Below are positions 1-12,329 of a stretch of 64,000 bases of DNA, piece by piece. This stretch comes from Soehngenia sp. (GTDB lineage: Bacteria > Bacillota > Clostridia > Tissierellales > Tissierellaceae), in assembly GCA_024637045.1 (NCBI GenBank), contig JAGXFX010000018.1, positions 3,817-67,816 on the forward strand, read 5' to 3'. The notes below the pieces were generated by a model. That model was not told where the DNA came from, ran no database searches, and saw nothing but the letters and a program-made list of their open reading frames with translations. The first letter of the stretch is position 1. Every line of letters begins with the position of its first letter. A program made the position numbers and the translations under genes.

Positions 1-1
1 G

Positions 2-187
2 CTTAACTCCGCAGTTGCAAATGCAGAGAACAACTTTAATATGGATAGAGAGAATCTTTATGTATCAGAAGCATACGCAAACGAAGGTCCAAGAATGAAG
101 AGATTCAGACCTAAGGCAAGAGGTATGGCATATCCGATAATAAAGAGAAGCAGTCATATAGGAGTAGTTGTAAAAGAAAGCAATTAG
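2..187 (+). CDS. rplV: 50S ribosomal protein L22, C-terminal part (truncated by window start)
   Basis: Manual translation [12 protein letters not shown]...[15 protein letters not shown]...[14 protein letters not shown]; directly upstream of rpsC. Confidence 0.95.
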   Translation, partial: LNSAVANAENNFNMDRENLYVSEAYANEGPRMKRFRPKARGMAYPIIKRSSHIGVVVKESN

Positions 188-204
188 AAAAGGAGGGATA
201 GTTA

Positions 205-879
205 ATGGGTCAAAAAGTTAACCCACATGGTCTTAGGGTCGGTATAATCAAGGATTGGGATTCAAAATGGTATGCTGATAAGAAGACTTTCAATTTATAC
301 TTGGTGGAAGATTTCAAAATAAGAGAATATCTGAAAGAGAAATTATATATATCAGGAATATCAAAAATAGAAATTGAGCGTGCTGCCAGCAAGATAAAAG
401 TTTCCATCTTCACTGCAAAGCCAGGAATGGTAATCGGTAGAGGCGGATCTGGAGTTGAAGAACTTAGAATTGCTATCGAAAAGATGACTAAAAAGAGCGT
501 TGTAATCAACGTTGAGGAAATCAAGGTTGCTGAACTTGACGCACAATTAGTCGCTGAAAACATTGCATCACAGCTTGAAAGAAGGGTTACCTTCAGAAGA
601 GCAATGAAGCAAGCAATCCAAAGAACAATGAGATTCGGAGCGAAAGGTATTAAAACACAGGTGGCAGGAAGACTTGGTGGAGCTGATATGGCTAGAACAG
701 AAGGCTATAGTGAGGGAACAATTCCTCTACAAACACTGAGAGCTGACATTGGCTACGGTTTTGCGGAAGCTATGACAACTTACGGGAAAATCGGTGTTAA
801 AGTTTGGCTGTACAAAGGAGAAGTACTTCCTACCAAAAAAGTGGATAGAAGCAATAAAAGAGAAGGATCATCAAAATAG
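205..879 (+). CDS. rpsC: 30S ribosomal protein S3
   Basis: [14 protein letters not shown]-terminus, [18 protein letters not shown]; S10 operon order. Confidence 0.98.
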   Translation: MGQKVNPHGLRVGIIKDWDSKWYADKKTFNLYLVEDFKIREYLKEKLYISGISKIEIERAASKIKVSIFTAKPGMVIGRGGSGVEELRIAIEKMTKKSVVINVEEIKVAELDAQLVAENIASQLERRVTFRRAMKQAIQRTMRFGAKGIKTQVAGRLGGADMARTEGYSEGTIPLQTLRADIGYGFAEAMTTYGKIGVKVWLYKGEVLPTKKVDRSNKREGSSK

Positions 880-909
880 ATTAACGTCGTAGGAAGGAGG
901 AAAGTTAAC

Positions 910-1353
910 ATGTTAATGCCTAAAAGAGTGAAATACAGAAGAGTTCATAGAGGTAGAATGAAGGGAAAGGCAATCCGTGGAAACTCAATAACATACGGTG
1001 AGTTTGGATTGCAAGCTCTTGAGCCTATATGGATTACTTCAAATCAAATAGAGTCCGCAAGACGTGCTATGACAAGATACGTTAAGAGGGGCGGAAATAT
1101 CTGGATTAAAGTTTTCCCAGATAAACCAGTAACTGAAAAACCTGCTGAGACTCGTATGGGTTCAGGAAAAGGTTCACCTGAGTACTGGGTAGCAGTAGTT
1201 AAACCAGGCAGAATATTATTTGAAATGGGTGGTGTATCTGAAGAAGATGCAAGAGAAGCAATGAGACTTGCAGCTCATAAACTACCTATCAAAACAAAAT
1301 TTGTTACACGTGAAGAAACGCAAGATAAGGGTGGTGAAGCTAATGAAAGCTAA
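910..1353 (+). CDS. rplP: 50S ribosomal protein L16
   Basis: [30 protein letters not shown]. Confidence 0.98.
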   Translation: MLMPKRVKYRRVHRGRMKGKAIRGNSITYGEFGLQALEPIWITSNQIESARRAMTRYVKRGGNIWIKVFPDKPVTEKPAETRMGSGKGSPEYWVAVVKPGRILFEMGGVSEEDAREAMRLAAHKLPIKTKFVTREETQDKGGEANES

Positions 1354-1549
1354 AGAAATTCGCCAAATGTCAGACAAAGAATTAAATACAGAACTGCTTG
1401 ATCTTAAAACAGAGCTATTTAACTTGAGATTTCAATTGGCTACTGGTCAATTAGATAACCCTATAAAAATAAGTTCTGTAAGAAAAAATATTGCTCGTGT
1501 AAAAACTATCGTTCGAGAAAGAGAATTATCTATAGGGAAGGAGGTTTAA
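1343..1549 (+). CDS. rpmC: 50S ribosomal protein L29
   Basis: [10 protein letters not shown]...[17 protein letters not shown]...IARVKT; ATG 1343 chosen after GGTGGTG RBS (ORF track starts too early). Confidence 0.96.
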   Translation: MKAKEIRQMSDKELNTELLDLKTELFNLRFQLATGQLDNPIKISSVRKNIARVKTIVRERELSIGKEV

Positions 1550-1555
1550 TCTCTA

Positions 1556-1810
1556 ATGGAAAGAGGAAATCGTAAAGTAAGAATAGGTACTGTTGTAAGT
1601 GATAAAATGGACAAGACAGTTGTTGTTTCAATAGAGACTTTCAAAACACATCCATTGTATAAAAAGCAATCAAAAAGAACTACAAAGTTTAAGGCTCACG
1701 ATGAGAACAATGAGTGCGGAATTGGCGACAAGGTTGAAATCATGGAGACTAGACCACTTAGCAAAGATAAATATTGGAGAGTTATAAACGTAATAGAAAA
1801 AGCAAAATAA
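1556..1810 (+). CDS. rpsQ: 30S ribosomal protein S17
   Basis: [33 protein letters not shown]. Confidence 0.98.
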   Translation: MERGNRKVRIGTVVSDKMDKTVVVSIETFKTHPLYKKQSKRTTKFKAHDENNECGIGDKVEIMETRPLSKDKYWRVINVIEKAK

Positions 1811-1839
1811 GATATATTAGGCGAAGGGAGGTATTCTGA

Positions 1840-2208
1840 ATGATTCAAACGGAAAGCCGCATGAGAGTAGCTGATAATTCCGGAGCAAAGGAAGTATTGG
1901 TTATCAGAGTGCTCGGAGGTACCAATAAGCAGTACGCCAGCATCGGGGATGTAGTTGTATGTACGGTTAAAAGTGCAACACCTGGTGGGGTTGTAAAAAA
2001 AGGACAAGTTGTTAAAGCGGTTGTTGTTAGAAGCAAATTCGGAGTTAGAAGGCAAGATGGTTCATACATCAAATTCGACGACAACGCAGCTGTTATTATA
2101 AAAGATGACAAGAATCCAGTAGGAACCCGTATTTTCGGACCTGTAACAAGGGAACTGAGAAGAGGTAACTACATGAAGATTATATCCTTGGCACCGGAAG
2201 TACTATAA
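1840..2208 (+). CDS. rplN: 50S ribosomal protein L14
   Basis: [34 protein letters not shown]. Confidence 0.98.
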   Translation: MIQTESRMRVADNSGAKEVLVIRVLGGTNKQYASIGDVVVCTVKSATPGGVVKKGQVVKAVVVRSKFGVRRQDGSYIKFDDNAAVIIKDDKNPVGTRIFGPVTRELRRGNYMKIISLAPEVL

Positions 2209-2223
2209 GAGGAGGTGTATAGT

Positions 2224-2538
2224 ATGAATGTTAAAAGTGGAGATACAGTAGTTGTAATTTCAGGAAAAGACAAAGGTAAGACCGGAAAAATCATGAAGGT
2301 TATACCTAAAGAAAATAGAGTAATTGTTGAAGGCGTTAACATGTTGACTAAGCATAAGAAACCTGCAGGACCTACAAAACCAGGTGGAATCATTAGGCTT
2401 GAAGGACCACTGAACAGTTCAAAGGTAATGTATTACTGCCCTAAGGACAAGCAGGGAGTAAGAGTTGGATATAAGGTGAAAAGCGACGGAAGCAAAGTTA
2501 GAGTCTGCAAGAAGTGCGGAGAAGTTCTAGATAAATAA
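2224..2538 (+). CDS. rplX: 50S ribosomal protein L24
   Basis: KOW motif VKSGDTVVVISGKDKGKTGK; ATG 2224 follows GAGGAGGTG RBS. Confidence 0.96.
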   Translation: MNVKSGDTVVVISGKDKGKTGKIMKVIPKENRVIVEGVNMLTKHKKPAGPTKPGGIIRLEGPLNSSKVMYYCPKDKQGVRVGYKVKSDGSKVRVCKKCGEVLDK

Positions 2539-2562
2539 TCACATGAGAGAGGAGGTAATGGA

Positions 2563-3105
2563 ATGACTTCCAGATTAAAGGTAAAATATAATGAAGAAGT
2601 TGTAAATGCTTTAATGGAAAAATTCGAGTACAGTAGTGTTATGGAAGTTCCGAGACTAGATAAAGTTGTTATCAATATGGGAATCGGAGAAGCAAGAGAC
2701 AATCCTAAAGCTCTTGAATCAGCAGTAAAGGAACTTGAAATAATTACTGGCCAAAAGCCACTTGTTACTCAAGCAAAAAAATCCATAGCGAACTTTAAAC
2801 TTAGAGAAGGCATGAAAGTCGGAGCAAAAGTTACCCTTAGGGGAGAGCGAATGTACGACTTTTTAGATAAATTGATGAATATCGCTCTACCTAGAGTAAG
2901 AGACTTTAGAGGTGTTAATGCTACTTCCTTCGATGGAAGAGGAAACTATGCAATGGGATTAAGAGAGCAGTTGATTTTCCCAGAAATAGAATATGATCAA
3001 GTTGATTCTATCAGAGGTCTTGACGTTGTTATCGTAACCACTGCACAATCAGATGAGGAAGCTAAAGTATTCTTAGAGAAAATGGGAATGCCCTTTAAAA
3101 AGTAG
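2563..3105 (+). CDS. rplE: 50S ribosomal protein L5
   Basis: [37 protein letters not shown]. Confidence 0.98.
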   Translation: MTSRLKVKYNEEVVNALMEKFEYSSVMEVPRLDKVVINMGIGEARDNPKALESAVKELEIITGQKPLVTQAKKSIANFKLREGMKVGAKVTLRGERMYDFLDKLMNIALPRVRDFRGVNATSFDGRGNYAMGLREQLIFPEIEYDQVDSIRGLDVVIVTTAQSDEEAKVFLEKMGMPFKK

Positions 3106-3123
3106 ACGAAGGAGGGGAAAATC

Positions 3124-3309
3124 TTGGCAAAGAAATCAATGATTGCTAAACAAAAGAGAAAGCAAAAGTTTAGCACACAGGAATATAATAGATGTAAATT
3201 ATGTGGTAGACCTCACGCCTACCTGAGAAAATATGGCATTTGCCGTATATGCTTCAGAGAATTGGCTTACAAGGGTCAAATACCCGGAGTTAGAAAAGCT
3301 AGCTGGTAA
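3124..3309 (+). CDS. rpsN: 30S ribosomal protein S14, Zn-binding (type Z), TTG start
   Basis: RCKLCGRP...GICRICFRE, 61 aa, two CxxC pairs. Confidence 0.97.
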   Translation: MAKKSMIAKQKRKQKFSTQEYNRCKLCGRPHAYLRKYGICRICFRELAYKGQIPGVRKASW

Positions 3310-3338
3310 TTCCAGGATTATGAGAGGAGGTAACAAAC

Positions 3339-3734
3339 ATGATGACAGACCCAATCGCGGATATGTTAACGAGAATTAGAAATGGTAATAATGCCAAGCA
3401 CGATTCTGTTGATGTTCCTGCGTCAAAAATAAAAAAAGAAATCGCTAAGATTCTTCTTAACGAAGGTTTCATCAAGGGATTTGATGTTATTGAAGACGGA
3501 AAGCAAGGAATCATGAGAATAGATTTAAAATATGGTCAAAACAATGAGAAGGTTATAAGTGGTATCAAGAGGATATCAAAACCTGGTCTTAAAGTTTATG
3601 TAAAAAACAACGAGATACCTAAGGTACTTGGTGGTTTGGGAATAGCTGTACTATCCACATCAAAAGGAATGATGACAGACAAGTCTGCTAGAAATGAAAA
3701 TGTGGGTGGAGAAGTAATTTGTTACGTTTGGTAA
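3339..3734 (+). CDS. rpsH: 30S ribosomal protein S8
   Basis: [31 protein letters not shown]. Confidence 0.98.
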   Translation: MMTDPIADMLTRIRNGNNAKHDSVDVPASKIKKEIAKILLNEGFIKGFDVIEDGKQGIMRIDLKYGQNNEKVISGIKRISKPGLKVYVKNNEIPKVLGGLGIAVLSTSKGMMTDKSARNENVGGEVICYVW

Positions 3735-3769
3735 TAAATTGCTAGATTATTGGAACAGGAGGTGCACTC

Positions 3770-4309
3770 ATGTCAAGAATAGGATTAAAACCAATTGATC
3801 TACCAGCGGGAGTTGAAATAACAGTAAACGAAAAGAACCTGGTAGAGGTAAAAGGACCAAAAGGTCAACTAAGTCAACAAATTGATCCAGAAATGGTAAT
3901 TAAAATAGAAGATGGCGTTCTAAATGTTGCAAGACCATCAGAACAAAAAAGACACAAGTCCGTGCACGGATTGTCCAGGACTTTGATTTGGAACATGGTT
4001 GTTGGAGTAACAGAAGGTTACCAAAAGTCATTGGATATTGTGGGTACAGGATACAGAGCTTCAAAGCAAGGAAACAAACTGGTACTTTCATTGGGATATT
4101 CACACCCAATCGAACTTGATGATCCAAAGGGTATGGAAGTAGAAGTTCCTGCACAAAACAAGATTATTGTTAAGGGAATTGACAAGCAACAGGTTGGTAA
4201 CTTTGCTGCAAAAATAAGAGACTATAGAAAACCTGAGCCATATAAAGGCAAAGGAATCAGATATACTGGCGAACACGTTAGACGTAAGGTTGGTAAAACA
4301 GGTAAGTAG
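3770..4309 (+). CDS. rplF: 50S ribosomal protein L6
   Basis: [29 protein letters not shown]. Confidence 0.98.
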   Translation: MSRIGLKPIDLPAGVEITVNEKNLVEVKGPKGQLSQQIDPEMVIKIEDGVLNVARPSEQKRHKSVHGLSRTLIWNMVVGVTEGYQKSLDIVGTGYRASKQGNKLVLSLGYSHPIELDDPKGMEVEVPAQNKIIVKGIDKQQVGNFAAKIRDYRKPEPYKGKGIRYTGEHVRRKVGKTGK

Positions 4310-4325
4310 AAGGGAGTGAACAAAT

Positions 4326-4688
4326 TTGCTTAAAAAAATAGATAAAAACAAAAACAGACAAGTCAGACATGCAAGAGTAAGGCAAAAAGTATATGGCACT
4401 CCTGCCAAGCCAAGACTAAGCATCTACAGAAGCGGAAGCCATATTTACGCTCAGATTATCGATGATGCAGCTGGTAGCACTTTGGCAGCAGCTTCTACTC
4501 TGGATAAGGACCTAAGCCTTACTTCAACGAAGAATAAGGAAGCAGCTAAAGCAGTAGGAATGGCAATTGGCAAGAAAGCTCTTGACAAAGGAATCGAAGA
4601 AGTTGTTTTCGACAGAGGCGGTTACCTATATCATGGAAGAGTTAAAGAACTTGCTGATGGGGCCAGAGAAGCTGGACTTAAATTTTAA
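4326..4688 (+). CDS. rplR: 50S ribosomal protein L18 (TTG start)
   Basis: [45 protein letters not shown]. Confidence 0.98.
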   Translation: MLKKIDKNKNRQVRHARVRQKVYGTPAKPRLSIYRSGSHIYAQIIDDAAGSTLAAASTLDKDLSLTSTKNKEAAKAVGMAIGKKALDKGIEEVVFDRGGYLYHGRVKELADGAREAGLKF

Positions 4689-4705
4689 TAGAAGGAGGGG
4701 AAATA

Positions 4706-5212
4706 ATGGAACGCTCATATGTTGATGCAAACGAATTAGATTTACAAGAAAGAGTTGTTAATATAAATCGTGTCACTAAAGTAGTAAAAGGCGGTAGAAA
4801 CTTCAGATTCAGTGCATTGGTCGTTGTTGGAGACGGAAACGGTCACGTTGGAGTTGGAATGGCTAAAGCTCTCGAAGTACCTGAGGCAATCAGAAAAGCA
4901 GTTCAGGATGCCAAGAAGCATATTATAAAAGTGCCATTGGAAGGAACTACAATCCCTCACGAAATTACTGGAGTTTATGGAGCTGGAAGAGTATTGATGA
5001 AGCCATCAAACGAAGGTACCGGAGTTATTGCAGGCGGAGCTGTTCGTGCCGTATGCGAGCTTGTTGGAATTAGGGATATCAGAACTAAATCACTTGGTAC
5101 AAACAACCCAAGAAATGTTGTAAATGCTACAATGGAAGCTCTTAAAGGCCTCAAGACTGCAGAAAATGTTGCCAAATTAAGAGGTAAGACAGTAGAAGAA
5201 ATACTAGGTTAG
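4706..5212 (+). CDS. rpsE: 30S ribosomal protein S5
   Basis: [35 protein letters not shown]. Confidence 0.98.
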   Translation: MERSYVDANELDLQERVVNINRVTKVVKGGRNFRFSALVVVGDGNGHVGVGMAKALEVPEAIRKAVQDAKKHIIKVPLEGTTIPHEITGVYGAGRVLMKPSNEGTGVIAGGAVRAVCELVGIRDIRTKSLGTNNPRNVVNATMEALKGLKTAENVAKLRGKTVEEILG

Positions 5213-5223
5213 GGGGGAGAATA

Positions 5224-5400
5224 ATGACTATGCTTAAAATCAAGTTGGTTAAGAGTCCCATCGGGAGACCTGATACCCACAAAAAAACAGTCAAAGCCCT
5301 TGGATTAAGGAAAATCGGACAAGTAGTTGAAAAGAATGATACCCCTCAAATCAGAGGTATGATACATCAAATAGACTACATGGTTGAGCTAATAGACTAA
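5224..5400 (+). CDS. rpmD: 50S ribosomal protein L30 (58 aa; not in ORF track)
   Basis: Manual translation [58 protein letters not shown]. Confidence 0.97.
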   Translation: MTMLKIKLVKSPIGRPDTHKKTVKALGLRKIGQVVEKNDTPQIRGMIHQIDYMVELID

Positions 5401-5417
5401 TAAAGGAGGTGTACGGA

Positions 5418-5867
5418 TTGAAACTTAATGATTTAAGACCAAATGATGGTGGCGGATCCAAAGCCAGAAAAAGACTTGGTAGAGGAATTGGATCAGGTAC
5501 TGGTAAGACAGCTGGTAAAGGACATAAAGGTCAGAACGCAAGATCAGGTGGAGGAGTTAGACCTGGATTCGAAGGTGGCCAAATGCCTTTATTTAGAAGG
5601 ATGCCAAAGAGAGGATTCACTAACATCTTCGCTAGAGTATATGCTATAGTTAATCTTGAAGATTTGAATAGATTCGAAGAAAACACCGTTATTACTCCGG
5701 AACTTCTTTTTGAAGAAGGTGTCGTTAAAAAGGGTAAAGCCAAGGATGGAGTAAAAATTCTTGGAGACGGTGAATTAAATGTGAAATTGACAGTACAAGC
5801 ACATAAATTTAGCAAATCTGCTGCTGAGAAGATCGAAGCTGCAGGAGGAAAGGTTGAGGTGATTTAA
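5418..5867 (+). CDS. rplO: 50S ribosomal protein L15 (TTG start)
   Basis: [36 protein letters not shown]; TTG 7 nt after AAGGAGGT. Confidence 0.97.
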   Translation: MKLNDLRPNDGGGSKARKRLGRGIGSGTGKTAGKGHKGQNARSGGGVRPGFEGGQMPLFRRMPKRGFTNIFARVYAIVNLEDLNRFEENTVITPELLFEEGVVKKGKAKDGVKILGDGELNVKLTVQAHKFSKSAAEKIEAAGGKVEVI

Positions 5868-5868
5868 T

Positions 5869-7143
5869 ATGCTTTCAACCTTAAGGAATGCTTGGAGAAT
5901 TCCAGACATCAGAAAGAAGATGACCTTCACGATTCTTATGTTATTGGTAGTAAGGTTGGGGGCAGCAGTGCCTGTGCCTTTTATGAACAAAGAGATAATC
6001 GAAGGTATATTCAATGCCAGCCAGGGTGGAATATTACAATTCCTTGATATGATGGCCGGAGGAACGTTCAGTGACTTCAGTATTTTTGCCACAAATATCT
6101 ACCCATACATCACTGCTTCCATCATTCTTCAACTTTTAACAATAGCAATCCCAAAACTGGAAGAGCTAGCTAAGCAAGGAGAAGAAGGAAAGAAAAAAAT
6201 CAATCGTTACACCAGATATGGTGCGGTTGTACTGGCAGCAGTTCAGGCAATTGGTTATACTTTTGGTCTGTTCAGAAATGCTCTGGAAACTCAAAATAGT
6301 ATGCAGACAGTAATAGTAATATTGTCTATGGTTGCTGGAACAGCATTTCTTATGTGGATTGGTGAGCTAATTACTGAGAAGGGAATCGGAAATGGTATAT
6401 CGCTTCTAATATTCATTGGAATAATATCAAAATTACCATCTGATCTAATCAGTACATTCAAGCTAGTGAGCATAGGACAATTAAACTTGTTTACAGTATT
6501 GTTGTTTGGAATCGTAATGCTTATTATCATTGCTTTCGTAGTAGCTCTTCAGGAAGGACAGCGTAAAATTCCTGTGCAATATGCAAAAAGAGTAGTAGGT
6601 AGAAAAATGTATGGTGGACAAAGTACTCATATTCCCATCAAAGTATTGATGGCAGGAGTTATCCCTGTAATATTTGCTTCCTCACTTCTAGCATTACCAC
6701 AGACATTCGCACTGTTTTCACAGGGAGGAATTACTCAGTGGGTGGAGAACTACCTTACACCAGCAGGAAGTGTCGGGATATGGGTATACTCAATTCTGAA
6801 CATAGTGTTAATTGTATTCTTCACGTATTTCTACACAGCAGTACAATTTAATACAGTAGAATATTCAAAGAATCTTCAGCAAAACGGTGGTTTTATTCCG
6901 GGTATCAGACCGGGAAGACCTACATCAGACTATTTAAACAAAGTTGTTAATAGAATAGTATTTGTTGGTGGTATGTCACTTGCATTATTGGCATCAATGC
7001 CAATATTCCTGTCAAAGATTTTCGGCATGAATGTAAACTTTGGTGGAACTGCTATAATAATTGTAGTAGGTGTTGCGTTAGAGACTGTAAAACAAATAGA
7101 ATCACAAATGTTGATGAGACATTACAAGGGATTCTTGAACTAA
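5869..7143 (+). CDS. secY: Preprotein translocase subunit SecY
   Basis: Multi-TM; PYITASII.QLL, GIGNGISLLIF, GGFIPGIRPG. Confidence 0.98.
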   Translation: MLSTLRNAWRIPDIRKKMTFTILMLLVVRLGAAVPVPFMNKEIIEGIFNASQGGILQFLDMMAGGTFSDFSIFATNIYPYITASIILQLLTIAIPKLEELAKQGEEGKKKINRYTRYGAVVLAAVQAIGYTFGLFRNALETQNSMQTVIVILSMVAGTAFLMWIGELITEKGIGNGISLLIFIGIISKLPSDLISTFKLVSIGQLNLFTVLLFGIVMLIIIAFVVALQEGQRKIPVQYAKRVVGRKMYGGQSTHIPIKVLMAGVIPVIFASSLLALPQTFALFSQGGITQWVENYLTPAGSVGIWVYSILNIVLIVFFTYFYTAVQFNTVEYSKNLQQNGGFIPGIRPGRPTSDYLNKVVNRIVFVGGMSLALLASMPIFLSKIFGMNVNFGGTAIIIVVGVALETVKQIESQMLMRHYKGFLN

Positions 7144-7157
7144 CCTATAGGAGATGA

Positions 7158-7808
<651 letters not shown>

Positions 7809-7850
7809 AGGGTTCTAGCCCTTACCCAGCAGAACGAAGAGGTGAATATA

Positions 7851-8132
7851 ATGGATTCCACTAGTGACATATCCATCGGACAGGTGGTAAAGTCAAGAGC
7901 TGGCCGTGATAAAGGAAGAATATTCTTGATTTATGATGTAGCAGATGATCAATACGTATACGTAGTTGATGGAGATTTAAGAAAGCTTGACAGTCCGAAA
8001 AAGAAGAAAATCAAGCACTTAATTGTATTCAATACTGTTATGCCTGAATTCAAGGATAAGATAGAGAATAGCGTAAAGATAAATAACTCATATATTAGAA
8101 AAATTTTGGAACCTTTCAATAAGAGTTTCTAA
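7851..8132 (+). CDS. KOW-domain RNA-binding protein (L14e-like)
   Basis: IGQVVKSRAGRDKGR, VVDGDLRK...PKKKKIKHL; usual position upstream of infA. Confidence 0.85.
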   Translation: MDSTSDISIGQVVKSRAGRDKGRIFLIYDVADDQYVYVVDGDLRKLDSPKKKKIKHLIVFNTVMPEFKDKIENSVKINNSYIRKILEPFNKSF

Positions 8133-8161
8133 ATGAGAATTGAACAGGAGGTTCGAAACCC

Positions 8162-8380
8162 ATGGCTAAAGAAGATGTAATAGAGGTTGAAGGTACGGTT
8201 ATTGATGCATTGCCTAATGCCATATTTAAAGTAAGGCTTGAGAACGGACACGAAATTTTAGCCCATATTTCCGGTAAACTTAGGATGCACTACATCAGAA
8301 TATTACCAGGAGATACCGTAACAATAGAACTGTCGCCCTACGATTTAACAAGAGGCAGGATAACCTGGCGAAACAAGTAG
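8162..8380 (+). CDS. infA: Translation initiation factor IF-1
   Basis: [41 protein letters not shown]. Confidence 0.98.
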   Translation: MAKEDVIEVEGTVIDALPNAIFKVRLENGHEILAHISGKLRMHYIRILPGDTVTIELSPYDLTRGRITWRNK

Positions 8381-8396
8381 CATAGGAGGGATTATT

Positions 8397-8510
8397 ATGA
8401 AAGTTAGACCATCTGTTAAGAAGATGTGTGAAAAATGCAAGATTATTAAAAGAAAAGGAAGAGTAATGGTTATCTGTGAAAATCCTAAGCATAAACAAAC
8501 ACAAGGTTAA
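8397..8510 (+). CDS. rpmJ: 50S ribosomal protein L36 (37 aa; not in ORF track)
   Basis: Manual translation [37 protein letters not shown]. Confidence 0.97.
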   Translation: MKVRPSVKKMCEKCKIIKRKGRVMVICENPKHKQTQG

Positions 8511-8544
8511 TAACGAGTTTTAAAAATAGGAGGTGCAAACGTTA

Positions 8545-8907
8545 ATGGCAAGAATTGCAGGCGTAGACTTACCAAGAGATAAAAGAGTAGAAATTGGTTT
8601 GACATACATTTATGGTATAGGTAAAACAAGCTCAAATGAGATTCTAGTAAAAGCTGGAGTAGATAAGGACACAAGAGTAAAGGATCTTACTGAGTCTGAA
8701 GTATCAAATCTTAGAGCACTTATCGACAACTATCATGTTGAGGGAGATCTTAGAAGAGATATCGCCCTAAACATTAAGAGACTTAAGGAAATCAACTGTT
8801 ATAGAGGACTAAGACATAAGAGAGGACTTCCTGTTAGAGGTCAAAGAACAAAAACTAATGCGAGGACAAGAAAAGGTCCAAGAAGATTAGTATCCAAGAA
8901 GAAATAG
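8545..8907 (+). CDS. rpsM: 30S ribosomal protein S13
   Basis: [39 protein letters not shown]. Confidence 0.98.
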   Translation: MARIAGVDLPRDKRVEIGLTYIYGIGKTSSNEILVKAGVDKDTRVKDLTESEVSNLRALIDNYHVEGDLRRDIALNIKRLKEINCYRGLRHKRGLPVRGQRTKTNARTRKGPRRLVSKKK

Positions 8908-8925
8908 GTAAAGGAGGGGAACTTA

Positions 8926-9324
8926 ATGGCACCTAAAAAAGGTAAAGCAACACGTGTAAGAAGAAGAGAACGTAAGAATATTGAGAGAGGTCAAGCTCAT
9001 ATTTCTTCAACCTTCAACAATACAATGGTAACACTTACAGATACCCAAGGTAATGTAATATCATGGGCAAGCGCAGGACAGCTTGGATTCAGAGGGTCAA
9101 GGAAATCCACTCCTTATGCCGCACAACAATGTGCAGAGGATGCTGCAAGAAAAGCTATGGATCATGGTCTTAAAGTTGTAGAAGTATTTGTAAAGGGACC
9201 TGGATCAGGAAGAGAAGCAGCAATAAGGTCACTTCAGGCATCTGGATTGGAAGTAAGCATGATTAAGGACGTTACTCCAATTCCACATAATGGATGTAGA
9301 CCACCGAAGAGAAGAAGAGTTTAA
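8926..9324 (+). CDS. rpsK: 30S ribosomal protein S11
   Basis: [42 protein letters not shown]. Confidence 0.98.
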   Translation: MAPKKGKATRVRRRERKNIERGQAHISSTFNNTMVTLTDTQGNVISWASAGQLGFRGSRKSTPYAAQQCAEDAARKAMDHGLKVVEVFVKGPGSGREAAIRSLQASGLEVSMIKDVTPIPHNGCRPPKRRRV

Positions 9325-9343
9325 TAGGAGGTGTAAATTAAGG

Positions 9344-9967
9344 ATGGGAAGATATACAGGGCCAGTTTGTAGATTGTGCCGTAGAGAAGGTCTTAAGCTT
9401 TTCCTTAAAGGAGACAGATGTTATACAGACAGATGTGCTCTTAACAAGAGAAACTTTGCTCCAGGACAACACGGACAATCAAGAAAGAAAGTAACTGAAT
9501 ATGGAATGCAGTTAAGAGAAAAGCAAAAGGTACGTAGATTCTACGGACTTTCAGAGTCACAAATGAGTAAATATTTCATGATGGCTGACCAAATGAAGGG
9601 CGTAACCGGTGAGAACATGTTCAAGATTCTTGAGTCAAGACTTGACAATGTAGTTTACAGAATGGGATTTGCAGCTTCAAGAGCAGAAGCAAGACAACTT
9701 GTGACACATGGACACTTCCTGCTGAACGGAAATAAGGCGACAATACCTTCACTAATGACTACAGTAGGTGATGTTATCGAAGTTAAGGAAAAAAGCCGTG
9801 GTAGTGAAAAATTCAAGGCTTTGGTTGAAAACCATAGCGGAAACACTACACCATGGATAAACATAGATCTTGAAAAACTAAGAGGAACAATCGTAGCTGA
9901 ATCAACCAGAGAAGACATTGATCTTCCAGTTGAAGAACATTTAATCGTCGAGCTATATTCAAAATAA
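9344..9967 (+). CDS. rpsD: 30S ribosomal protein S4 (Zn-cysteine form)
   Basis: [34 protein letters not shown]; ATG 9344. Confidence 0.98.
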   Translation: MGRYTGPVCRLCRREGLKLFLKGDRCYTDRCALNKRNFAPGQHGQSRKKVTEYGMQLREKQKVRRFYGLSESQMSKYFMMADQMKGVTGENMFKILESRLDNVVYRMGFAASRAEARQLVTHGHFLLNGNKATIPSLMTTVGDVIEVKEKSRGSEKFKALVENHSGNTTPWINIDLEKLRGTIVAESTREDIDLPVEEHLIVELYSK

Positions 9968-10032
9968 TCGATATAGTAGTATCAGTTGCCCTCGTCCGTT
10001 AAAAATAAAAAGATCAAGGAGGGTTATGCTTA

Positions 10033-10980
10033 ATGATGGAAATTGAAAAGCCTAGAATTGAGATCATGGAATTAAGTGAAGATGGAAGCTTTGGTAAATT
10101 TGTTGTAGAACCTCTTGAAAGAGGTTATGGAACAACTCTGGGAAACTCCTTAAGAAGAGTTTTACTTTCATCATTGCCCGGTGCGGCAATATCATCAATA
10201 AAGATCCAGGGAGTACTACATGAGTTTGCTACAATCCCAGGTGTGTTGGAAGATGTGCCCGAGATAATACTCAATATCAAGGAAATTGCAGCAAAGATGT
10301 ATACAGAAGAACCGGTTACAATGATCATTGATGTAGAAGGACCTCAGGAAATTACTGCTGGTGACATTGCGACTGGAATGGAAGTTGAAATAGTAAATAA
10401 GGATCAACATATAGCTACTGTCAATGAAGATGGAAGACTATATATAGAGCTTGAATTAATAAGAGGAAGAGGCTACTCAGTTGCCGAAAAGAACAAGAAG
10501 GAAGGTCAGCCTGTGGGAGTAATTCCTGTAGACTCGTCCTATACTCCTGTAAGCAAGGTCAACTATCAGGTTGAAAACACAAGAGTTGGTCAGATAACTG
10601 ACTATGACAAACTTGTGTTGGATGTCTGGACTAATGGAACAATGAGTGCTGATGAAGCTACCTCATTGGGAGCCAAGATTCTTACAGAACACCTTAACCT
10701 GTTTATTGGACTTACTGACCATGTCAACGAAGTAGAAATCATGGTTGAAAAGGAAGAGGACAAGAAGGAGAAGGTACTTGAAATGACAGTAGAAGAGCTT
10801 GATCTTTCAGTTAGAAGTTATAACTGTCTAAAGAGAGCAGCAATAAATACTGTTGAAGAACTGACTGAAAAAACTGAGGAAGACATGATGAAGGTTAGGA
10901 ATCTAGGTAAAAAATCCCTTGAAGAAGTACAGAAGAAACTTGCTGAATTGGGATTGGGCCTTAAATCAAGTGATGAATAA
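10033..10980 (+). CDS. rpoA: RNA polymerase alpha subunit
   Basis: [48 protein letters not shown]. Confidence 0.98.
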   Translation: MMEIEKPRIEIMELSEDGSFGKFVVEPLERGYGTTLGNSLRRVLLSSLPGAAISSIKIQGVLHEFATIPGVLEDVPEIILNIKEIAAKMYTEEPVTMIIDVEGPQEITAGDIATGMEVEIVNKDQHIATVNEDGRLYIELELIRGRGYSVAEKNKKEGQPVGVIPVDSSYTPVSKVNYQVENTRVGQITDYDKLVLDVWTNGTMSADEATSLGAKILTEHLNLFIGLTDHVNEVEIMVEKEEDKKEKVLEMTVEELDLSVRSYNCLKRAAINTVEELTEKTEEDMMKVRNLGKKSLEEVQKKLAELGLGLKSSDE

Positions 10981-11004
10981 CCTAAGCAAGAAGGAGGGAT
11001 AAAT

Positions 11005-11346
11005 GTGACAACACTAAGAAAACTTGGTCGTCCTACTGCTCATAGAAAAGCGATGTTGAGAAATCAAGTTACATCATTACTAAGGGAAGAAAGAATTGAA
11101 ACCACGGTAACCAGAGCCAAAGAGACAAAAAGAATGGCAGAAAGAATGATAACTTTGGCAAAGAAAGGCGATCTTCACGCAAGAAGACAAGCACTTGCGT
11201 TCATATATGATGAAGATGTGGTGAGGAAATTATTTGATGAAATCGGTCCTAAGTATGCCGAAAGAAATGGCGGTTATACAAGAGTATTAAGAGTTGGTCC
11301 TCGTCGCGGAGATGCCGCAGAAATAGCTATATTAGAACTTGTTTAA
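11005..11346 (+). CDS. rplQ: 50S ribosomal protein L17 (GTG start)
   Basis: [37 protein letters not shown]. Confidence 0.97.
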   Translation: MTTLRKLGRPTAHRKAMLRNQVTSLLREERIETTVTRAKETKRMAERMITLAKKGDLHARRQALAFIYDEDVVRKLFDEIGPKYAERNGGYTRVLRVGPRRGDAAEIAILELV

Positions 11347-11354
11347 TAGGGAGG

Positions 11355-11388
11355 GGGATTAAGTTGACACTTAGTCCCTTTAATTTTG
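11355..11388 (+). terminator. Intrinsic terminator ending the alpha operon
   Basis: Stem GGGATTAAG/CTTAGTCCC followed by TTTAATTTT. Confidence 0.7.
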
Positions 11389-11483
11389 TAAGTTCCACTT
11401 GTTTACCGGTAAAGGTCAATTGAAATAACATTTTTCTTGTGTTATATTAAACTGGTAATAGTAAATTTAAACAGAGGTAAATT

Positions 11484-12329
11484 ATGAATGAAAAAAACAA
11501 AAATTTAATGATAGACATACAAAATGTGAGCTATGAATATAGCTCCTATATTGACGAGAGCATCCAATTGGCCGTAAAAGACTTGAGCCTCCAAATAGAG
11601 AGAGGAGAATTTTTTGTGGTACTTGGACATAATGGATCTGGAAAATCTACTCTTGCCAAGATGATCAATGGATTAATTCTTCCATCACGAGGGGAAGTCC
11701 TTGTAAATGGTATGAACACAAGGGATGAAGACAAGATATGGGACATAAGATCAACAGCAGGCATGGTGTTTCAAAATCCCGACAATCAAATTGTTGCAAC
11801 AATCGTGGAGGAAGATGTAGCATTTGGACCTGAAAATCTAGGGATACCCCCTGCAGAAATAAGGAAGCGGGTTGATGATGCTCTTGAGGTAGTTGAAATG
11901 ACAGAGTATAAAAACCATGCTCCCCACCTTTTGTCAGGTGGCCAAAAACAAAGGGTTGCAATAGCAGGGATACTTGCCATGGAACCCGATTGTATAATTT
12001 TTGATGAGCCGACTGCAATGCTTGACCCGTCAGGCAGACTTGAGGTAATGGAAACAATTAAAAAACTCAACCAGGAGAAGAACAAGACAATTATCCTCAT
12101 TACTCACTATATGGACGAAGCAGTTGAAGCTGACAGAGTTATGGTGCTAAACGAGGGTGAATCTGTAATGTTAGGTACTCCAAAAGATATCTTCAGACAG
12201 GTTGATAAATTAAAATCTCTTGGACTGGATGTTCCACAGGTCACAGAGCTTGTCTATGAGTTGAACAAAGAAGGGTATAATATCAAGGACGATATATTAT
12301 CTGTTGAGGAGCTGGTGGATACACTATGA
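11484..12329 (+). CDS. ecfA1: ECF transporter ATPase EcfA1
   Basis: [40 protein letters not shown]; after rplQ. Confidence 0.93.
   Translation: MNEKNKNLMIDIQNVSYEYSSYIDESIQLAVKDLSLQIERGEFFVVLGHNGSGKSTLAKMINGLILPSRGEVLVNGMNTRDEDKIWDIRSTAGMVFQNPDNQIVATIVEEDVAFGPENLGIPPAEIRKRVDDALEVVEMTEYKNHAPHLLSGGQKQRVAIAGILAMEPDCIIFDEPTAMLDPSGRLEVMETIKKLNQEKNKTIILITHYMDEAVEADRVMVLNEGESVMLGTPKDIFRQVDKLKSLGLDVPQVTELVYELNKEGYNIKDDILSVEELVDTL

Noticed and set aside
8397-8510. L36 C-terminus KHKQTQG rather than the usual KQ(R/K)QG
   Set aside because: A single substitution; all Zn ligands are intact and there is no evidence of a functional consequence.
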